NCBI GenBank assembly: GCA_013239625.1
Contig: MU057069.1
Coordinates: 1,484,018-1,548,017, forward strand
DNA from: Lama guanicoe
Taxonomy: Eukaryota
Length of the DNA: 64,000 nucleotides
Direction: 5' to 3'
The notes under the pieces were generated by a model. That model saw only the letters and a list, made by a program, of their open reading frames with translations. It was not told where the DNA came from and ran no database searches. Positions 58,031-64,000 of the stretch are shown piece after piece. The position numbers and the translations under genes are program-made. The stretch's first letter is position 1, and every line of letters begins with the position of its first letter.

Positions 58031-61000
58031 GGCTGCGTGGCTTTTTGCTTTGAAATAGCCCTTTAAGCCAAGAACCCTAAAGAGACTGTTAGGTCAGAGG
58101 ACAGCAGCCTTTCCCAGCATGCCCTGGATGGCTCTTGCTCCCCAAAGGTTCCTAAACGTACGCGACCTTCAGGACTGGGACGTTCTGCTTTGCCTGTAAC
58201 CTCCCAGCAGCGGGCATCATTCTTGGAGATGTGTGTGTCAAGTGAAGAGTAAGACTCCAGCTCCGTCGTTTTGACGTGGCTGTTTTCTATTACGAGTTGC
58301 TGAGACGCGGCCTCTAGAGTGGAAACCAGCTACAGTGGGAGCCTCACTCAGGTGGTTGTTTCCGCTTGTCCCCACAGGTGCCTGCAGTGCTGGCAAGGAG
58401 GCTGTCCCTCCCACCCGGCTTCTGAGGGACACTCCCAGGAGCGGGGCAGAGTGAGCCCAGGGAACTTCCGGGGCCCCTCCTCCAGGCGCGGAATCTCGTA
58501 GTTGCTCTTCCAGGCCCAGAGGAGACGTTCCTTTTCAGCCTCACTCCTGTGTTGCCTGCGGTCCCAGCTAGTCCTGTAGCCAATCAGCACCTGGCTGGCC
58601 ATGTGTGGCCCGGCCCGGCCCTGATCCCATGTGCCCACCCACTGGCAGGGACTTCGAGGGGCCCCCACCCTCTGCCCCCCTCGGAAGGCGGCCCGCGGGT
58701 CCCGTCTGCAGAGTGGTCTGTACGTTAAGAACTGCATCCTGTTTCTTGGACATTTGTGGATGCCAGGCTCCCTGTCTCCTGTTTGGCGTCACTGATTCAT
58801 GGGGCCCTCACGACTGCCTGTGATGAGGCAGGGCTGACTCCACGGGTGACCAAGCCAAGTAGGGGAGTGGGAGAGGTGTGCCTGGGGCTGGGTGACGGGG
58901 ACTGGGCCCGACCTGCGTCCTCGCCCCCCGCTTCCTGCTGCAGCCCGTCCTCCGCTGCTGCTCCCTGGGGACTGCGTGGCTCGTCACTCTTCCACACAGC
59001 AGAAGGTGGCTTTGGCACGTCCACTGACTCGTCCCCCTCCGCTTTCCTGTTTCCCACGCACTCCAGTCACGACCCGTCACATTGTGCTGGTGTCCTGTTC
59101 ACAGGTGTCCTACCTGGTGGCCTCCCTGAGGGGCAAGGCCTCCACCTGGCTTATCTTTCTGTGCCTCCAGCTGGTGCCCAGCGGGGAGGGGCCTCAGGTC
59201 AGGTTGAGGTGGAGCTGGGGAGCCTTCGGACGCTTTGCATTTTCCCCTCCGCAGGCCCAGCTTCCTGTCCCCTCAGGGTGCGCATGGGAGAGGAGAGATC
59301 TGCAGTGTGTCCCCCAGGAGCCAGGGGCCTTTTGTCTTCCCATTGGCGGGCCCACCACCTGGCTGTTAGAGCAGCCTGGGACCCGCTGGCACCGTCTCCC
59401 TGACCTGGACCCGGCCCCTGCGCAGCCCTACACCCCGCTGCCCGAGCCACCCAGCCCTTCTCCTGCATGCACTTTCACCCCGTCAAGTACAGATGAGGAA
59501 CAACAGCACACCCGCGGCTGCTCCCCGGGAACTTGAAAGCTGCGCCCCCCGCCCAGGGAATCCCAGCTGAAAAAGACCTGGGTCAGCAGCCTGGAGCCTG
59601 TGTGGCTACATCCACCTGTTTCCTCTGCTGCCTGGCCGGCCTGAAGGGCTCCTTCGTTTGGGGAGTGGGAGGACGTGGGGTCCTCACTGGGCCGGGCATG
59701 GAATCGTGGCTCGGACAGGGCTACCCTCTGGAACTGAGCTTTCCAGGCGGGAGAGTAAGTGGTGAGTTTGTGAATTTGTCAGCCTTTAGAGAAGACAGAA
59801 GGTTGACAAGAGAAGAAACCACAGTGCAGGGTGGCGTCCAGGGTCCATCCTGGACAAAGAAGGGCGTTAGTGGAGAAACTGGAGAAATCTGAGTGAAGCC
59901 TGGAGTGGAGCTGGAACCGTGCCAGGGTTCATTGTCCAGCTTGGACAAATGGACAGCAGTTATGCAAGACGTGGGCATTAGCAGAAACTGGGAGAAGGGC
60001 ACGCGCGGGCCCTTGGACGATCTTTGCAACTTGTCAGTAAGTCTAAAGTTATTCTGATATTGAAAGTTTATTCATGGAAAAAAGCAACCACAAGGGAAGA
60101 GGCTGACCCCACACCTGACTGCACTTGACCCTTAACCCCATGCCCTCTTCACACTTCTTAGCCCAGATCTGTAGCCTTCACCCGCAGAGCCAGGAGGCTG
60201 GGCTGCATCCACGAGCCCGGGCCTTCTGCTCTCGAGGCTGGGGTCCTCTTCGCCCCGGCCTTGTCTGGGGCTGTCGGGGTCCCAGGCCACGTGCACTGGG
60301 GTGGCCTTGGCCACGGTGTTGGCGGTGCTGCGACCTGCCGGCCGTGCCCTGCTGGGCTCATCGCCTTTCGGCTTTGCTTTCTTTCCTCTGAGAAGGGGCC
60401 GCTGGGCTAGGCGGGGAGGGCGTTGAGTAAGATACTGTCCGTCAGGAGCCTGGCCCAGCCGACACTGGTTCTCATCCCCTTCTGGGCCGCTCTGTGGGAC
60501 TAGAGGTCAGTGGTTCTGTGGCAGCTTTGAGGGGAGACGTGGCCAGGGTGGAGGTGGCAGCGGCTCCATCCCCCTGCCTCGTAGGCCCTGTTTCCAGAGG
60601 TGACTTCGGCTTTGAGTAATTCATGAGGAATCTTCCAGCTGCTCACTAGGACCCCTCAGAGCTGGCCCATTCGGATCCCTGGAAATTGGCCTGGCTGTTC
60701 CTCCACCCTGCGGTGGGCCAAGCCCTTGGGGGGCTTCCTTCTGGAAGGGGAGCCCGTCCGGGCTCAGAAACCCAGAAATCAGAAAGGCTGGGTTGCTGTG
60801 GCCCCTCGGGTCGGCTGGGTGTTGCTTGCGGGCGGCTGCTTACCTGTAGGTGGCAGTGGTGACACGGGAATTGGAGGGAGGGGGTAGGGAGGTGGGGGGA
60901 GGGGAGAGGGGGAGGGGGGACCGGCCCCTGGAGGCAGGGCGCAGGGGCTCTGCTTCTTGCTGAGTTTGCTCGCCACAGCTGTGGGAGAAAAAATGCTGTC

Positions 61001-61689
61001 ACTGCCGTGTTTTACAGATGAAGAGCCTTGAGGAGGTCACGTTTCTGCCCTGGGGTTACGTGGTAACGGGCTGAAGTTTGGACCCACTCAAGCAGGGGTT
61101 CAGTGCCCTGCCCCGTCTCCACCATGATGCCCACTTCTGCTTCTTAGTCCAAAGGGAGCCCACAGGGACAGCTGGGCGCCCAGCTCTGACCTCTCCAGGC
61201 CACCCAGGGCCCCAGAGGGTTTATAGCTGCCCCTTCGCGGCAGCAAGGCCAAACGCTCGTGGACTTGAAGATGTGCCGCCCACCCCGCAGCTCCCGGTGC
61301 AGGTGGGGAGCCGGGGATGGCCTCACGGCTCGTCAGGCCGGTCAGATGGGAAGCACCTCTCAGAACAGCGTTAGAATGGCCCTGAGAGGTTGGCCCTTGC
61401 ACGGGCTGTACCTGTCTGACGGCTCCCTTGGGATCACCTCTGCGTAGGCTCTGGGACTGGCACTCAGCAGGACAGGTAGGCGGAGCGAAGGCTCCGCAGA
61501 CCAAAGGGGTCTGGCAGCCTTCTCGGGGCCGGACGCAGAGGTGCTGGAGCCCTCTGGACATGGCCGTGGGCCCTGCCCTCACACTCCAGCTGAGAACCTA
61601 CTTGTCTGTGAAGTGAGGACTCCGCTCACCTGGATCTTCTCTTCCCCTTTCTTTGCTGCCAGTGTCCGAGAGGGCCTGGTAAAGCTGTA

Positions 61690-62240
61690 CGTCAGCCAGC
61701 GATGCCCGCTCTCACCGCTTCTGTGCAGCACGGCATTGGAAGTTCCAGCCAGAGCAGTCAGGCGGGAAAAGAAGGAGAAGGCATCCGAACGGGAGAGGAA
61801 GAAGTAGGGTTACTTCTGTTCACGGATGACATGACCTTTATGCCAAGAACACCAAAGACTTCATTAAAAAAAAATGAGAAAAACTCTTAGAACTAATAAA
61901 CAGAGCTAGCAAGGCTGCAGGATATGAAATCAACACTCAAAAATCAGCTGTGTTTCTGTATGTTAACAACGAACAATCCGAAAAGGAAACGAAGAAACCA
62001 GCGTCATTTACGGCAGCTTCAGAAAGAGTGAAGTCCCTAGGAACTGCCCAAAGAGGTGAAGGGCTCTCACTCTGGACCCTGTGAAACACTGCTGAAGGGA
62101 GTCAAAGGGGGCAGAAGCAAGTGGAAAGATACCCCATGCTCATGGCTCAAAGACTTCATGCCTTTAAGATGACTGTACTCCCCGAAGTGGTCTGCAGATT
62201 CAGTGCAGCCCCGATCAAAATCCCACCGTTTTTTTTTAAG
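61690..62240 (+). mobile_element. Degenerate L1 ORF2 reverse-transcriptase fragment
   Basis: Frameshifted translations CPLSPLLCSTALEVPARAVRREK / GIRTGEEEVGLLLFTDDM / KMTVLPEVVCRFSAAPIKIP match L1 ORF2 (GCPLSPLLF...FADDM ... KMAILPK..YRFNAIPIK). Confidence 0.85.
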
Positions 62241-62299
62241 AGGGTATTAAGTCATTTATTGATTACACACGATAATGGACGGTACACAGGCTTCATTCC

Positions 62300-62590
62300 C
62301 ATCTGTAGCAAATGCTTTATGGTTCTGCTCGTACGAGGAACTTAGAGGAGTCAAGTCCATAGAGACAGACAGTGGTAGGGTGGGGTCCAGGCGCGGGGGG
62401 AGGGGCGGGTGAGTGTCTAGCAGGGACAGGATCTCAGTTTGGGACAATGAGAACCTTCTGGAGATGCCAAGGGTGTTGGCTGCCCAACAGTGCCAGGTGC
62501 TTAATACCCCTGGACCGTACACTTAAAAATGACGAAAATGGTCAATTTCACATTGTGTCTATTTATGTCTATTTTACTACAATAAGAAAA
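62300..62590 (+). mobile_element. Ancient L1 3' end fragment
   Basis: agtcaagtccatagagacagacagtgg...tcagtttgggacaatgagaaccttctggagatg...gtacacttaaaaatg...attttactacaata. Confidence 0.6.
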
Positions 62591-64000
62591 GTCACCAAAA
62601 CAGAAGAAAAAGTACGCATAGGCCAGTGTCCTCGCGCAGTGGGGACTAGAGGGCTGGGGCTCGGCGACCATGTGGCCCTGTCACCGTGGTGGACAGGAAA
62701 CAGCACCCAGGAGGGCAAGGGAAGCAGGTCCGAGGCTCAGGGTATCTGGCGGGGCCGGGACCGAGCCAGGGCCACGCGGCGCCCCGTCCTCCCTGGGCCT
62801 CGGGCTGCCCTCCCGCTGCTGTGTCCCAGCACCCCGCTCTTGCTGGCCAGTGGCTGGATGGCTGCGTCATGGTTCCTGCCGGGGCAGGACCCGAACCACC
62901 TGGAGCTGGTGGAGCAGGTACAACCTGCCTCGTGCCCACCGGCTCTGATGGGAAGGCACGGGGCTGGACCCAGGCAGGAGGGTTTTTAAATGAAAGCGTC
63001 CTGGTGATTCCTACCTGCAGCCAAGGTTGGGACTCAGCGGCCTATGACTCCCCGTCTCCCTGGCCCTGCGCCCTCTCTAGCTGCAGGGGAGAGTGGGGCC
63101 CTCAGGACTTCACACCATCTCTGGCTCCTTTTTTCTGGCTTCTCTAGTCCTGTGTGCTCTGCTTGAAGAGGTTGGTGTTGTCTTTCGGGGTGGGGGGTGC
63201 CATCACTCCTCCTCCCTGGGTTCCATGGCACCAGGGCCTGGGGACCCAGCCAACTCGGAGTTCTGTGGCTGTTCTCCGCCTCCCTGTCCTCGGGCCGAGG
63301 ACGGTGGAGGGCTCACCTCAGGCTGCCAGTCTCCAGTACGTGGCACAGGGACCTTGGGGTTTCATTTTGCCTTCAAGTTACCAAGGAAGCTAGTTTGGTA
63401 GCCTGCAGGCCAGTCAGGTGTAGTCTGTGTTCCTCGCGGCCCTTTTTCTGCCTAAGTGGGGAGAGGCGCAGCGTTCGCACCTGTTCACACCCGTCTCTCT
63501 GGTGGAGGGGGAGCCGCTGCAGCCCGCGTTCACAGAGCATGTAGGACTTGGAGCAGGAGACGGTGGTGGCTCTGAGCAGTGCTGGGATTGACCTTTTTTT
63601 CCACCTGGCTGCTCTGTGCCCACCTGCCTCCCTTGCACCCAGTAATCCCAAAGGTTCGCCTCACATTGCTGGGGCATGTCGCCAGATGAGCATCCTGCCC
63701 ATTCAGACCCCGGCCCCTCCCCTCATCGCCCAGCAGGAAGCCGCCTCCAGGCTTCTTCCCTCACTCTGGACTGTGGGGGAGGCGGGAAATGTGGCCACGT
63801 TTCTCCATTCCCACCAAAAGGATGTTGCTGAATGCAAAATGCTCAAGCCAGCCCTCTTGTGCCTTCTGCTGCTGACTGCTTCTGAAGTCACTATATTTAA
63901 CATCAAAGTGGAGCAAGCAGCAGCGGGAACCACGCCGCTGGACCGTGAGGCTCCTCCCCGAAGGACTGCCTCAGATTTCAGACGGCCTGGGAGAGCTGGG

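Noticed and set aside
33118-64000. TOM1L2 exon 2 (EKATDGSLQSEDW...) or a nested protein-coding gene
   Set aside because: No matching peptide or convincing exon was found by eye, so intron 1 appears to extend beyond the window. Small alternative exons cannot be excluded without RNA data.

Overview
This is eukaryotic (mammalian) genomic DNA. It is very probably camelid, judging from several tRNA-Ala-derived SINEs that resemble Vic-1. It is syntenic with human 17p11.2 (the Smith-Magenis region). Three protein-coding genes can be reconstructed by hand from splice signals and remembered protein homology. (1) ATPAF2 (+): 8 coding exons at 1..12669; the first ~9 codons lie upstream of the window. 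(2) DRC3/LRRC48 (-): 12 coding exons at 29176..13601, giving a complete, frame-consistent 522-aa CDS. (3) TOM1L2 (+): only coding exon 1 (33066..33117), followed by ~31 kb of intron 1. DRC3 and TOM1L2 share a head-to-head CpG-island promoter with tandem RFX X-boxes and five CCAAT boxes. ATPAF2 and DRC3 converge tail-to-tail, 931 nt apart, with overlapping opposite-strand poly(A) hexamers. The most striking sequence-level signal is in DRC3: 3 of its 11 coding introns are non-canonical, namely two U12-type AT-AC minor-spliceosome introns and one GC-AG intron. Other points of note are an ATPAF2 C-terminus extended to end in Gly-Gly, a 25 x 19-bp minisatellite, and strong AT-to-GC drift in ancient L1 fragments. 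Nearly all ORFs in the supplied track are GC-rich noise. I found no convincing wholly new biological system. Repeat family names and boundaries are from recall and approximate.
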